Source: an uncultured Planctomycetaceae bacterium (lineage in GTDB: Bacteria > Planctomycetota > Planctomycetia > Isosphaerales > Isosphaeraceae). From it: a stretch of DNA of 64,000 nt. Position 1 is the stretch's first letter. Each line of letters starts with the position of its first letter. The stretch lies in assembly GCA_963833985.1 (NCBI GenBank), contig CAWIAD010000002.1, positions 2,848,001 to 2,912,000 of the forward strand. Direction: 5' to 3'. The notes under the pieces were generated by a model. That model made no database searches. It was not told the DNA's origin and was given only the letters and a program-made list of their open reading frames with translations. Made by a program: the position numbers and the translations under genes. Positions 14,967 through 25,420 of this stretch are shown here, one piece after another.

Positions 14967-16124
14967 ATGCCGATGGCCACGACCAAGCGCGATTTCTACG
15001 AGGTGCTCGGGGTTGCTCGAGATGCCGAGCTTGATGACGTAAAAAAAGCTTACAGGCAGATGGCGCTCAAGTTCCATCCGGACCGGAACCCGGGTGACCA
15101 GGAGGCCGAGAAGAGGTTCAAGGAGGCCGCCGAGGCGTACGAGGTTCTTTCGGACCCCGAAAAGCGGCAGCGCTACGACCGTTACGGCCACGCGGGGCTG
15201 GAAGGCGCTGCCTTCCACGACTTCCGGTCCACCGACGATATCATGTCGGCGTTCAGCGACATCTTCGGGGGCGGGCTCTTCGGCGATCTCTTCGGTGAGC
15301 GCCGGCGCGGGCCGCGTCCCGGCCCCGACCTGCTCATGAAGGTGGAAATCGAGCTGGTGGAAGCGGCACGCGGCACTTCCCGCACGATCGAAGTGAGCCG
15401 GCAGGATTTTTGCGGTGAATGCCGCGGGTCGGGGGCACGCAGAGGAACGGTGGCCACCACCTGCAATTACTGTGGCGGCCGCGGCCAGATCGTGCAGGCC
15501 CGCGGCTTCTTCCAGGTGGCCACCACCTGCCCGGCTTGCGGAGGCGACGGCGTTCGCATCACCGACCCCTGCCCGACCTGCCGGGGCGCGGGCCGCCTCC
15601 CCGCCGCCGCCAGGCTCCAGGTCGATGTGCCGCCGGGCGTGGAAAGCGGCATGTGGCTGCAGTTACGCGGACAGGGCGAACTGGGAGATCTGGGAGCGCC
15701 GCGTGGAAACCTGCGCATCCAGGTGGTCGTCAAGCGGCACCCGTTCTTCGAGCGGCGTCGCAACGACCTGTTCACCCAGGTTCCCATCAGCTTCGCCCAG
15801 GCCGCCCTGGGCGCGGAGATCCAGGTCCCGACGCTGGACGGACCCGACAAGGTCGCCGTTCCCCGAGGAACCCAGAGCGGGGAAATCATCCGCATCAAGG
15901 GGCGCGGCATGCCGGACGTGAGCGGCCGGGGACGGGGCGACGAGCTTGTCGAGGTGATGGTCGAGACGCCGCGGCACCTCACGGCTCGTCAGGAAGAGTT
16001 GCTCAGAGAATTCGCCGAGATCGAGCACAATCAGGTGAGTCCCCGGCGCAGGAGCTTCTTCGACAAGCTGCGGGATTACTTCACCGAGGAAACCGAGACA
16101 GACGAGCCCGGCGAGGCGACGTGA
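14967..16124 (+). CDS. dnaJ: Chaperone DnaJ
   Basis: J domain with HPD, G/F region, four CxxCxGxG repeats, C-terminal substrate-binding domain. Confidence 0.97.
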   Translation: MPMATTKRDFYEVLGVARDAELDDVKKAYRQMALKFHPDRNPGDQEAEKRFKEAAEAYEVLSDPEKRQRYDRYGHAGLEGAAFHDFRSTDDIMSAFSDIFGGGLFGDLFGERRRGPRPGPDLLMKVEIELVEAARGTSRTIEVSRQDFCGECRGSGARRGTVATTCNYCGGRGQIVQARGFFQVATTCPACGGDGVRITDPCPTCRGAGRLPAAARLQVDVPPGVESGMWLQLRGQGELGDLGAPRGNLRIQVVVKRHPFFERRRNDLFTQVPISFAQAALGAEIQVPTLDGPDKVAVPRGTQSGEIIRIKGRGMPDVSGRGRGDELVEVMVETPRHLTARQEELLREFAEIEHNQVSPRRRSFFDKLRDYFTEETETDEPGEAT

Positions 16125-16188
16125 ACGTGCGCGGGCCGGGCCGCCCCCTGCGATCAGACCGGCCGCGAATTGCCACACGAGGTGAATC

Positions 16189-16767
16189 ATGAACAATCTC
16201 AACCCCGAGTCCGAACGGATGGATGAACCGGCCACCGGCCCGGAGAGTGGTGACGATCCTGCGAACGGTCCGGACGGCGGCTCGGGCCCACGCGGCCGAA
16301 CCGCGCCGGAGCGCGGCGACGAGATCGGCGTGCTGCAAGGGGAGCGGGACGCGCTGAAGGAGCAACTCCTGAGGCTTCAGGCCGACTTCGCCAACTACCA
16401 GAAGCGTGCCAAGCAGCAGGCCGACGAGGTGCGCACCTTCGCCGTGGGCAACCTGGCGCAGGATGTTCTCGGGGGAATCGACAACCTCGAACGCGCCATC
16501 GACGCCCTGCGTTCCTCGGCCAACCAGGGAATCTCCGCGGGACTGGACATGGTCCAGAAACAACTGCTGGGCATCCTGGCCAAGTATGGGGTCGAGCCGA
16601 TTCCGGCCCTCGGCGAGCCCTTCGACCCGCATTACCACGAGGCGCTCCTGCAACAGCCCAGCGACCAGCATCCGGAGGGAACCGTGGTCGCTGAGCTTGG
16701 CAAGGGCTACAAGATTCACGACCGCGTGCTCAGGCCCAGCAAGGTGGCCGTGTCGGTCCGGCCCTGA
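16189..16767 (+). CDS. grpE: Nucleotide exchange factor GrpE
   Basis: RLQADFANYQKR, DNLERA, FDPHYHEA, GYKIHDRVLRPSKVAV. Confidence 0.96.
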   Translation: MNNLNPESERMDEPATGPESGDDPANGPDGGSGPRGRTAPERGDEIGVLQGERDALKEQLLRLQADFANYQKRAKQQADEVRTFAVGNLAQDVLGGIDNLERAIDALRSSANQGISAGLDMVQKQLLGILAKYGVEPIPALGEPFDPHYHEALLQQPSDQHPEGTVVAELGKGYKIHDRVLRPSKVAVSVRP

Positions 16768-16807
16768 TCTGATCGGCCGGCCAGGGAAGTCGAGAGGGAG
16801 TCATCCT

Positions 16808-17144
16808 ATGCCAACATACGACTATATTTGTGATGCTTGCGGGCACGAGTTCGAGGCCTTCGAGTCGATCACATCGCAGCCGCAGACGGATTGCGAGAAG
16901 TGCAAGGCGCCCGAAGCTGCGCCGCAAGATCGGCCCCGGAGCGGCAATCCTCTTCAAAGGGTCCGGCTTCTACCAGACCGACTATCGCAGCGATTCGTAC
17001 AAGAGTGCGGCGAAGGCCGAGAAATCGTCGTCCGACTCCACGAGTGCGTCCAAGTCCGACTCGGGCAAGTCCGACTCCGGCAAGAGCGACTCCAGCAAGT
17101 CGAGCTCGTCATCCTCTTCGGGATCGTCCAGCGGAGCCGCATGA
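16808..17144 (+). CDS. FmdB-family zinc-ribbon protein with Ser-rich tail; frameshift near 16911
   Basis: MPTYDYICDACGHEFE...CEKC; removing one C from a C run continues KLRRKIGPGAAILFKGSGFYQTDY. Confidence 0.85.
17049..17099 (+). repeat. Imperfect 15-bp coding tandem repeat (KSDSG x3)
   Basis: aagtccgactcgggc aagtccgactccggc aagagcgactccagc. Confidence 0.7.
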
Positions 17145-17368
17145 TGATCCGGGGCCGCTGTCCCATCTGCTCCAAGCGATTTGAAGCCGCCCGGCTGGAC
17201 GACGCGCCCTTCTTTCCCTTCTGCTCGGAACGCTGTCGCCTGGTGGACCTGGGCCGGTGGATCGACGGCAACTACACGATTCCCGCCACCTCATCGGCCT
17301 CGGCTGATTCCTCTGAGGACGATCGTGCCCCTGAACGGGTCGACGACAACGAGGCCGAGGATTTCTAA
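17141..17368 (+). CDS. yacG: DNA gyrase inhibitor YacG
   Basis: CPICS...PFCSERCRLVDLGRWIDG with acidic tail; ATGA overlap with the upstream stop. Confidence 0.9.
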   Translation: MMIRGRCPICSKRFEAARLDDAPFFPFCSERCRLVDLGRWIDGNYTIPATSSASADSSEDDRAPERVDDNEAEDF

Positions 17369-17532
17369 ATAGGTCCTCGCCTCTTGGAATGTGGGCCAGC
17401 CGCCCTCGGCTGGCTCAGGACGGCCGAGGGCGGCCGTTCCACACTTTCCCTCTTACGGGGAGCTATTTAGGACCCATTGCCCGCAGCAGCTCAGCAGGCA
17501 CCGCTGGCTGCTGTCCAGGCTGCCGGTGTGCC

Positions 17533-18918
17533 TCAGATATTCACCGATTCGCCCAGACCCTGGCCTGCCGCTTCCATGATCGACTCGGAGAAGGTCGGGT
17601 GCGGGTGCATGATGTGGTGAATCTCGTCCTCGGTCGCCTCGAGCTTCTTGGCCATGACCAGTTCGCTGATCATCTCGGTGGCCATGGCGCCGATGAGGTG
17701 CGCGCCGAGTAGCTCGCCGTACTTCGCGTCGAAGATCAGCTTGACGAAGCCGTCGGTCTCGCCGGCGGCGAGAGCCCGGCCGCTGAACTGGAACGGGAAC
17801 TTGCCGATGCGGATCTCGTGCCCGGCCGCGCGCGCGGCCTTCTCGGTCATTCCCACGCTGGCCACGCCCGGCTCGGTGTAGGTGCAGCCGGGAATGGTCG
17901 AATAGTCGACGGTGCGGTCGGAGACCCCGCAGAGCCTCTCGACACAGCAGATCGCCTCGAAATGCGCCACGTGCGCCAGCCAGGGGGGGCCGATCACGTC
18001 ACCCACGGCGTAGATCCCCGGAACGCTGGTCACATAGCCGTTCCTGGGATCGACCTGGATGTGGTTCTTGACGATCTGGACCTTGACGGAGTCAGCAAAG
18101 AGCCCCTCGACGTTGCCGACCACTCCGATCGCCACCAGCATCACGTCAGCCTCGACCGTGGTCGTGCCCGAGGGCGTCTCGATCTCGGCCTTCACGCCCC
18201 GCGCCGTCTTTTCCACCCTGGTGGTCTTCGAGCTGGTGAGGATGGTCAAGCCCTTGGCACTGAGGCTCTTCTTGAGGGCCGCGGAGATTTCCTCGTCCTC
18301 ACCGGGGACGATGCGGTCCAGCATCTCGACGACCGTCACCTTGGTGCCGATGGCGTTGTAGAAGTAACCGAACTCCATGCCGATCGGCCCCGCGCCGATG
18401 ATCAGCATGGCCTTCGGCTGCTTCGTGAGCGACATTGCTTCCTTGGACGAGATGACGACCTTGCCGTCGAACTCGGCGCCGGGGAGCGGGCGCGGCCGGG
18501 CGCCGGTGGCGATGACAATGGATTCGGCCGTGAGCGTCTCGTCGCCGACCTGCACCTGGTGGGGGCCGGTCACTTTCGCGGTACCGAGTTTGGACGCCAC
18601 CTTGTACTTGCGGAACAGGCCCTCGATTCCCTTGTTGAGCTGGCCGGCCACGTTCCGGCTGCGGCCGATGATCTGGCCAAAATCCCAATCGCCCTGGCCG
18701 TTGTAGCCGAAACGCTTGCCGTGGTGGTTGATCAACTCCACGAGGTGGGCGTTGGACAGCAGCGCCTTGGTCGGGATGCAGCCCCAGTTCAAGCAGATCC
18801 CGCCCAGCTTATCTCGCTCCACGCAGATGACCCGCTTCTTGAGCTGTGCTGCACGAATTGCTCCGGCGTATCCGGCCGGACCGCCGCCGATCACCACGAA
18901 GTCGAAATCGTATGCCAT
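17533..18918 (-). CDS. lpdA: Dihydrolipoyl dehydrogenase (E3)
   Basis: GGGPAGY, GGICLNWGCIPTK redox disulfide, GAGPIG, GDV, HPHPTFSE. Confidence 0.96.
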   Translation of the reverse strand: MAYDFDFVVIGGGPAGYAGAIRAAQLKKRVICVERDKLGGICLNWGCIPTKALLSNAHLVELINHHGKRFGYNGQGDWDFGQIIGRSRNVAGQLNKGIEGLFRKYKVASKLGTAKVTGPHQVQVGDETLTAESIVIATGARPRPLPGAEFDGKVVISSKEAMSLTKQPKAMLIIGAGPIGMEFGYFYNAIGTKVTVVEMLDRIVPGEDEEISAALKKSLSAKGLTILTSSKTTRVEKTARGVKAEIETPSGTTTVEADVMLVAIGVVGNVEGLFADSVKVQIVKNHIQVDPRNGYVTSVPGIYAVGDVIGPPWLAHVAHFEAICCVERLCGVSDRTVDYSTIPGCTYTEPGVASVGMTEKAARAAGHEIRIGKFPFQFSGRALAAGETDGFVKLIFDAKYGELLGAHLIGAMATEMISELVMAKKLEATEDEIHHIMHPHPTFSESIMEAAGQGLGESVNI

Positions 18919-19228
18919 GTTGTCCTTCTCTTGTGCCACCTGTCATCCAGAATCCGTCAGGCGAACTTTCTTGCCACTGTGGAGCCTGATCTGGCTTTGC
19001 GCCTCAGCCGACCGGAGAATGGGCTGTCGCTGTGTCACCGCGGGATGGTGGCATCGTACCAGGATGACGTGCCTGCTGGCAGCCCTTCCGGTCTGAAGAG
19101 GATTGCCGCGGCACCAGCGGCAGGGTCCGCGTGCTCGGTCATTGAGCGGTTTTTCGTCTCCTTCGAGCACGGGCTGCCGGCATGCAACGCGAGATTGCAC
19201 TTCGCCACCATCTTCAGGGAGTGACACC

Positions 19229-22200
19229 ATGGCGTGGTCAGCGGATCGATCCACCCCCTTGCGCCGCCGCAATCGTCCGGTACGCAGGCACAGATTCACT
19301 CCGTCCTCCGGAGGGCTGCTTCTGGAGCCGCGCGTGCTGCTATCGAATGTCGATGTCCTCCAGTATCGTAATGACCCCGGCAATACCGGGCAGAACCTGC
19401 TGGAGACGGCGCTCACGCCCAGTAACGTGAACCCGGCGGACTTCGGCAAGCTCTACCAGTACCCGGTCGATGGTTACATCTACGCCCAGCCCCTGTACGT
19501 GGCGAACCTGGCGGTGCCGGGGCAGGGGACGCACAACGTGGTGTTCGTGGCGACCGAGCACGACAGCGTCTACGCCTTTGATGCCAACGGCAACGTCGGT
19601 GTGAACGGGACCCCGCTCTGGCACGACAGCTTCATCAACCCGGCCGCCGGCATCACCACGCTCAGCCAGGGCGATGTGTTCGGCGTGGGCGACATCGTGC
19701 CGGAGGTCGGTATTACGGCGACTCCGGTGATCAACCCCTCCGCCGGGCCCAACGGGGCGCTCTACGTGGTCACCAAGACCAAGGACATGGAAAACGGCGT
19801 GGAGCACATCGTGCAGCAACTGCACGCGCTGGACGTGGCGACCGGGGCCGAGCTCTTCGGCGGTCCGGTCATGATCGCCGACACGACGGTCAACGCGGAT
19901 GGTAGCTACACCTACAACAGCGGCCCATCGGTTGCCGGCACCGGTGACGGTAGCGTCAACGGCGTGCTCAATTTCAACTCGCTGACGCAGAACGAGCGTG
20001 GGGCACTGGTGCTGAATAACGGCGTCATCTACCTGTCCTACAGCTCGCACGGTGATGTGCCACCCAACCACGGCTGGGTCCTCGGTTACAACGCCACCAC
20101 CTTGCAGCAGTCCGCGGTCCTTTGCACCACGCCCAACGGCACGGACGGCACGATCTGGGGTGGCGGCGAGGCCCTGGCCGTCGATCCCCAGGGAAACATG
20201 TATTTAGTGACGGGCAACGGAACATTTGACACGACGTTGAACTCGAGCGGCTTCCCGAGTAGTGGCGACTACGGCGACTCGGTCGTGAAGATCGCCGTCG
20301 ATCCGAGCAGCAACCCGAAGAATCCGAACATCAATGGCTGGGGCCTGAAGGTCCTCGATTACTTCACTCCCTCGGACCAGCAGAACCTGAACAACAACGA
20401 TACGGATTATGGCTCGGGTGGTCCGCTTTTGCTGCCGGCCACATCCACCGGCCCTCAGGTTCTGGTTACCGCCGGCAAGGAGGGCACAATCTACGTGCTG
20501 AACACCGGCACCGGGAAGATGGGCAAGTTCAATTCCAGTCAGAACTACGTTTACCAGGAAATCCAGGGCCAGATGGGTGGAATCTGGGGAGCGCCCGCGT
20601 ACTGGAACGGCTCGATTTATTATGGACCGGTGGGAGATTATGTGAAGGCCTTCCAGGTGCATGCCAACAACATGCTGAGCACCAGCCCCACGTCCACGTC
20701 GCCGGAAGGCTTTGGATATCCCGGACCGAACCCGGCCGTCTCGGCGAATGGCTCATCCAGTGGCATCGTCTGGGCAATCGACGCGACGGCTTACGGTGGG
20801 CCGGGGCCGGCCGTGCTCCACGCCTACGACGCGACCAATCTGCAAAACGAGCTTTATAGCTCGTCGACCTCCGGCAGTCGCGACCAGGCGGCCGGCGCGG
20901 TGAAGTTCGTCGTCCCCACGATCACGAACGGGCAGGTGTTTGTCGGGGGCGAATATGCGCTGAGCATTTATGGAGAGATCGGCAACGTCGTTCTCCCCGC
21001 GGCGCCATCGCAGCTCGTGGCCACCGCCCTTTCCAGCAGCCAGATCACACTCACCTGGAAGAACCACTCGGCCAACGAGACCGGGTTCACCATCGAGCGC
21101 TCCAGCGACGGCGTGAACTACAGTCCCGTCGCCACCATCAGCGCCTACTTGACGAGTTACACCGACACCGGGCTCTCTCCGTTGACCACCTACCACTACA
21201 AGGTGGTCGCCAGCAATGCCGCGGGCAGTTCTCTGCCCTCGAACGCCGCACAGGCCAGGACCAAGGCGTCGACGCTGCCAGCCGGCTGGACCCAGGCAGA
21301 CATCGGCGGTCCCTCGTATGCGGGCTCGGCCTCATACGCCAGGGGCGTGTATACGGTCACTGCCTCCGGCAACGACATCTGGAACTCCGCCGACCAGTTC
21401 CACTTCACTTACACCACGATGACGGGCGACGGCACGATCGTCGCCGAGATTGCCAGCGAGGGCAACACCGACCCCTGGGCCAAGGCAGGCGTGATGATCC
21501 GCCAGAGCCTCGACGCCGACTCGCCGTTCGTGGACGCCTTCGTCACGCCCGGAAACGGTGTGGACATGCAGTGGCGCCCTGCTCAGGGAGCCGGGGCGAC
21601 CTGGGGCGGTAACATCGGGGTGAACGCCTCGGCGCCCTACTGGGTGAAACTCGTTCGTGCCGGCACCTCGATCACCGGCTACGCCTCGGCGGATGGCCAT
21701 AACTGGACCAATCTCGGCTCGATCGTGGTGCCGATGTCGACCCAGGTCTACGTCGGGCTGTCACTCACGGCCCACAACGATGCGGCGGTCAACACCTCGA
21801 CATTCAGCAATGTCCAGGTCACGACCGCGCGTTCCAGGGGATACGTTGCGATCGAGGCCGGGGGTGGTCCGACGGGAACCTACCAGGCGGACACGAACGT
21901 GAGCGGCGGGTACACGGCTCAGACAGGAGCCTCCATCGACATGAGCAATGTGACAGACCCCGCTCCGATGGCAGTCTATCAAAGCGAGCGTTACGGGACG
22001 TTCACGTACACCATGCCCAACCTCAACCGCGGCCAGCTCTACACGGTCCGGCTCCATTTCTCCGAGAACTTTGACACCTACGCGGGGCAGCGGGTCTTCG
22101 ATGTTTCCATCAATGGCACGCAGGTGCTCTCCAGTTTCGACATCCTGGCCGCCACGGGGGCCATGGACACGGCGATCGTCGAGCAGTTCTCGGCCCAGCC

Positions 22201-22834
22201 GAACGCCAGCGGGCAGATGATCATCGCGTTCAATCCGACTCCGGGCAGTCCGGACCAGAATGCCAAGGTGGACGGCATCGAGCTCGTCCCCGTCCACTTC
22301 AACGGGCAGATCGTCGCGCAGGCGGTGAGCGTCGCACCGGTGCAGGGGCAGGCATTCACCGGCACGGTCGCGACATTTGTCGATAGCGACCCGGGCGGAC
22401 TGGCTGGCGACTACATCGCGACGATCAAGTGGGGCGACGGATCGACCTCCATCGGCACGATCCAGCCCGATCCCAGCGGCACGGGCTTCGACGTGGTGGG
22501 CAGCCATACCTATTCCAGGCACGGCCGTGTCACCCTGAATATCACGATCCAGAGCGCCAACGGCGCCGGGGTGAAGCTTACGAATCCGGTCACGGTCGCG
22601 TTGCCGGCAGCCAGCCCCGTCCCGGCGTCCCTCACGGGTGCCGGGGGAGTCACGCCGCCCGCACCGTTCGCTCTGTCCACGCTCGGCGGCGTGAGCCGCA
22701 AGCAGGCGTCTGTCCCCGGCTCCTCGGTTGCGAGCGCGATGCTCGCCGCGCTGGTGAGGACGCGGCGCCCTGGCCTGGCTTCCTGGTCAACGGCAGTGCG
22801 TTCCGTTTCCATGGTCCGCAAGAACCAGGGTTAA
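19229..22834 (+). CDS. Large extracellular multidomain protein: PQQ-like beta-propeller, FN3, ConA-like beta-sandwich, malectin, PKD/Ig-like
   Basis: Arg-rich leader with LLLEPRVLLS; VDGYIYAQPL, ATEHDSVYAFDA; FN3 LTWKN..NETGFTIERS..YTDTGL; WAKAGVMIR; malectin YTVRLHFSE..RVFDVSING; IKWGDG..GSHTY. Confidence 0.85.
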   Translation: MAWSADRSTPLRRRNRPVRRHRFTPSSGGLLLEPRVLLSNVDVLQYRNDPGNTGQNLLETALTPSNVNPADFGKLYQYPVDGYIYAQPLYVANLAVPGQGTHNVVFVATEHDSVYAFDANGNVGVNGTPLWHDSFINPAAGITTLSQGDVFGVGDIVPEVGITATPVINPSAGPNGALYVVTKTKDMENGVEHIVQQLHALDVATGAELFGGPVMIADTTVNADGSYTYNSGPSVAGTGDGSVNGVLNFNSLTQNERGALVLNNGVIYLSYSSHGDVPPNHGWVLGYNATTLQQSAVLCTTPNGTDGTIWGGGEALAVDPQGNMYLVTGNGTFDTTLNSSGFPSSGDYGDSVVKIAVDPSSNPKNPNINGWGLKVLDYFTPSDQQNLNNNDTDYGSGGPLLLPATSTGPQVLVTAGKEGTIYVLNTGTGKMGKFNSSQNYVYQEIQGQMGGIWGAPAYWNGSIYYGPVGDYVKAFQVHANNMLSTSPTSTSPEGFGYPGPNPAVSANGSSSGIVWAIDATAYGGPGPAVLHAYDATNLQNELYSSSTSGSRDQAAGAVKFVVPTITNGQVFVGGEYALSIYGEIGNVVLPAAPSQLVATALSSSQITLTWKNHSANETGFTIERSSDGVNYSPVATISAYLTSYTDTGLSPLTTYHYKVVASNAAGSSLPSNAAQARTKASTLPAGWTQADIGGPSYAGSASYARGVYTVTASGNDIWNSADQFHFTYTTMTGDGTIVAEIASEGNTDPWAKAGVMIRQSLDADSPFVDAFVTPGNGVDMQWRPAQGAGATWGGNIGVNASAPYWVKLVRAGTSITGYASADGHNWTNLGSIVVPMSTQVYVGLSLTAHNDAAVNTSTFSNVQVTTARSRGYVAIEAGGGPTGTYQADTNVSGGYTAQTGASIDMSNVTDPAPMAVYQSERYGTFTYTMPNLNRGQLYTVRLHFSENFDTYAGQRVFDVSINGTQVLSSFDILAATGAMDTAIVEQFSAQPNASGQMIIAFNPTPGSPDQNAKVDGIELVPVHFNGQIVAQAVSVAPVQGQAFTGTVATFVDSDPGGLAGDYIATIKWGDGSTSIGTIQPDPSGTGFDVVGSHTYSRHGRVTLNITIQSANGAGVKLTNPVTVALPAASPVPASLTGAGGVTPPAPFALSTLGGVSRKQASVPGSSVASAMLAALVRTRRPGLASWSTAVRSVSMVRKNQG

Positions 22835-22878
22835 CTCGGTTTTCTGACGCGTTGCGGGCAGTTACTGAGTTTCGGAGA

Positions 22879-22942
22879 GGGGGGCAGACATTCCTGTCTG
22901 CCAGGACAGGCATACTCCGGCAGGCAGGAATGCCTGCCCCCC
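22879..22942. repeat. REP-like inverted repeat pair
   Basis: GGGGGGCAGACATTCCTGTCTGCC-16 nt-GGCAGGCAGGAATGCCTGCCCCCC; each arm is itself a small hairpin; lies between convergent genes. Confidence 0.7.
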
Positions 22943-23005
22943 GGTCTCAGTCTGCGATCCGAGTGAAAACCGCTCTAAGACACGGAAGTGCGCGACTCGC
23001 GCGGC

Positions 23006-24404
23006 TCAGAGCAGCATCATCGCCGGCTCCTCCAGCAGCCGTTTGACGGTGCGGACGAACTCCGCGGCCATCGCGCCATCGACGGCGCGATGGTCGGCGG
23101 TGAGAGTCACCGTGAGCAGGGTGCCGGGAACCAGCGCATCGCCCTCGACCACGGGACGCCGCTCAGCCGCCGAGACGGCCAGGATGCCCACCTCGGGCAT
23201 GTTCAGGATGGCGTCGAACTGGCGGACGCCGTACATGCCCAGGTTGCTGATCGTGAAGCTACCGCCGGTGAGCTGCTCGGTCGTGAGCTGGCTGGAACGC
23301 GCCGCGGCCGCCAGTGCTGCGCCCTGGCGCCGGATCTCCGCCAGGCCGAGCATGTCGGCGTTCCGCAGCACGGGCACGATCAGGCCCTCCTCGAGTGCGA
23401 CGGCGATGCCGATGTTGATCTCGCCGTGACGGACAATCGCGTCGGGCTCGAAGCTGGCGTTCAGCCCGGGATGCTTGCGCAGGGCCATGGCCACGGCCTT
23501 GGTCACGAAGTCGCCGAGTGAGAGCTTGAGGTTCTCGGTGGCAAGCTGTCGGTTCAGCTCCTCGCGAACGGCCATCAGCTTGTCGACGCGGATCTCCACG
23601 GTGACGTGGATCTCCGGGGCCGTCTGCTTGGCCTGAAGCATGCGCTGAGCGATGGTCTTGCGCATCCGGGTGTGCGGAATCCGCTGATCGGCGGGCGCGG
23701 CCGCGGCGAACGCCGGCTGGCTGCGCGCGGGGGGTACGGCGGCCGCGGGACGCGCGGCCGGAGGCTGCGTGGTCGCGGGCTGGTGCGAGGGCTCGGATCT
23801 GGTCTCGAGGGCGGGGGCCTGCGCGGGCGGCCGGAGCCGTGCCGGCGAGCAACGCCTCGATGTCTCTGCGGATGATCCGGCCGCCTGGTCCGGTCCCCTG
23901 GATACCGGCCAGATCAACCTGGGACGACTCGGCCATCTTCCGCGCCAGCGGGCTGGCCTTGAGCCGGCCGCCGTGGGACACCGGCGAGGACTCGGCCGAT
24001 TCCTGCTGGCCATTCCCGGTTGTCGTGGCCCCGCCGGAGCCCGCGGCCGAGAGGGCCGGCCTGGTCACCGTCTCGGACGGTTTCTGGGCCGGTGCGCTGG
24101 CTGGCGCGGCCGCGGCCTGGGCGCCGCCGAGACCCAGCCCCTGCGCCACCTTGCTGGCATCCTCGCCCTTCTTGGCCAGCACCATCACGCGCTGGCCGAG
24201 TGCGACCTCGTCGCCGGCGGGATGATCGATGTGCACGATCACCCCGTCGTCGTACGACTTCATCTGCATCGTGGCCTTGTCGGTCTCGATGTCGGCCAGG
24301 ATGTCGCCTTCCTTGATGGAGTCGCCCACCTTCACCAGCCACTGCGCGATCACGCCGGATTCCATGGTGGGGCTGAGCTTGGGCATCGTCACTTCAATCG
24401 GCAC
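23006..24404 (-). CDS. pdhC: Pyruvate dehydrogenase E2, dihydrolipoamide acetyltransferase; frameshift near 23825 in the linker
   Basis: Lipoyl domain MPKLSPTM..IETDKAT and E3-binding ASPLARK..GTGPGGRI in one frame; catalytic MRKTIA..FTISNLG..DHRAVDG in the next. Confidence 0.92.
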
Positions 24405-24436
24405 GTTCAGTCTCCAGCGAAAAGCACCAGGCTCGA

Positions 24437-25420
24437 TTACCGGTAGAGCACGTCATGGACCGCGGCGACCACCCGGGGTACCGACGGCAGCATGGACTCT
24501 TCGAGCCCGCGGTTATACGGGACCGGGGCGTCCTTCGACGCCACCCGGCGGATGGGGGCATCCAGCTCGTCGAAGACGCGCTGGGTGATCCGGTCGGCGA
24601 TGCCGGCGCCCAGTCCGCAGTAGGGCCAGTCCTCCTCGACGATCACCGCGCGATGCGTCTTGACGACCGATTGCAGCAGCGTGTCGAGATCGAGAGGGCG
24701 GATCGTCCGCAGGTCGATCACCTCGGCCGAGATGTCTTCCTTCTCGAGCTGGGCCGCGGCCGCGAGGGTGGTCTTGAGCGACCGCGAGTAGCTGATGAGC
24801 GTCACGTCGCTGCCGGCTCGTTTGATATCGGCCTTGCCGATGGGCACGATGTGCTCGCCCTCCGGAACCTCGCCGCGGTCGTGGTAGAGCACCTCGTGCT
24901 CCATGAAGATCACCGGGTCGTCCGAGCGGATCGCGCTTTTCAGCATGCCCTTGGCGTCGGCCGGCGTGGCGGGCATCATCACCGTCAGGCCGGGCACGTG
25001 GGCGTACCAGGCCTCCAGCCGGTGCGAGTGCGTGGCGGCCAGGCAGCCGGCCATGCCGGAGCTGCCCCGGAACACGATCGGCACGGCGAACTGGCCTCCG
25101 CTCATGTACCGCATGTTGGCCGCGTTATTGACGATCTGGTCGATGGCGACGATGCTGAAGCTGAACGTCATGAACTCGATGACCGGCCGCAGCCCCACCA
25201 TCGCCGCGCCGATGCCGATCCCGGCGAAACCCTCCTCGGAGATCGGCGTGTCGATCACCCTGCGGGCTCCGAACCGCTTGAGCATTCCCTGGCTCACCTT
25301 GTAGGCGCCGTCGTACTGCGCCACTTCCTCGCCCATGAGAAAAACGCGATCGTCCCGGTCCATCTCCTCGGTCATCGCCTGGTTCAGGGCTTCCCGGTAA
25401 GAAAGCAGAGCCATCATCAC
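24437..25420 (-). CDS. pdhB: Pyruvate dehydrogenase E1 beta
   Basis: MGEEVAQYDGAYKVS, DTPISE, EFMTFSF, THSH, IDLRTIRPLD. Confidence 0.96.
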   Translation of the reverse strand: MMMALLSYREALNQAMTEEMDRDDRVFLMGEEVAQYDGAYKVSQGMLKRFGARRVIDTPISEEGFAGIGIGAAMVGLRPVIEFMTFSFSIVAIDQIVNNAANMRYMSGGQFAVPIVFRGSSGMAGCLAATHSHRLEAWYAHVPGLTVMMPATPADAKGMLKSAIRSDDPVIFMEHEVLYHDRGEVPEGEHIVPIGKADIKRAGSDVTLISYSRSLKTTLAAAAQLEKEDISAEVIDLRTIRPLDLDTLLQSVVKTHRAVIVEEDWPYCGLGAGIADRITQRVFDELDAPIRRVASKDAPVPYNRGLEESMLPSVPRVVAAVHDVLYR

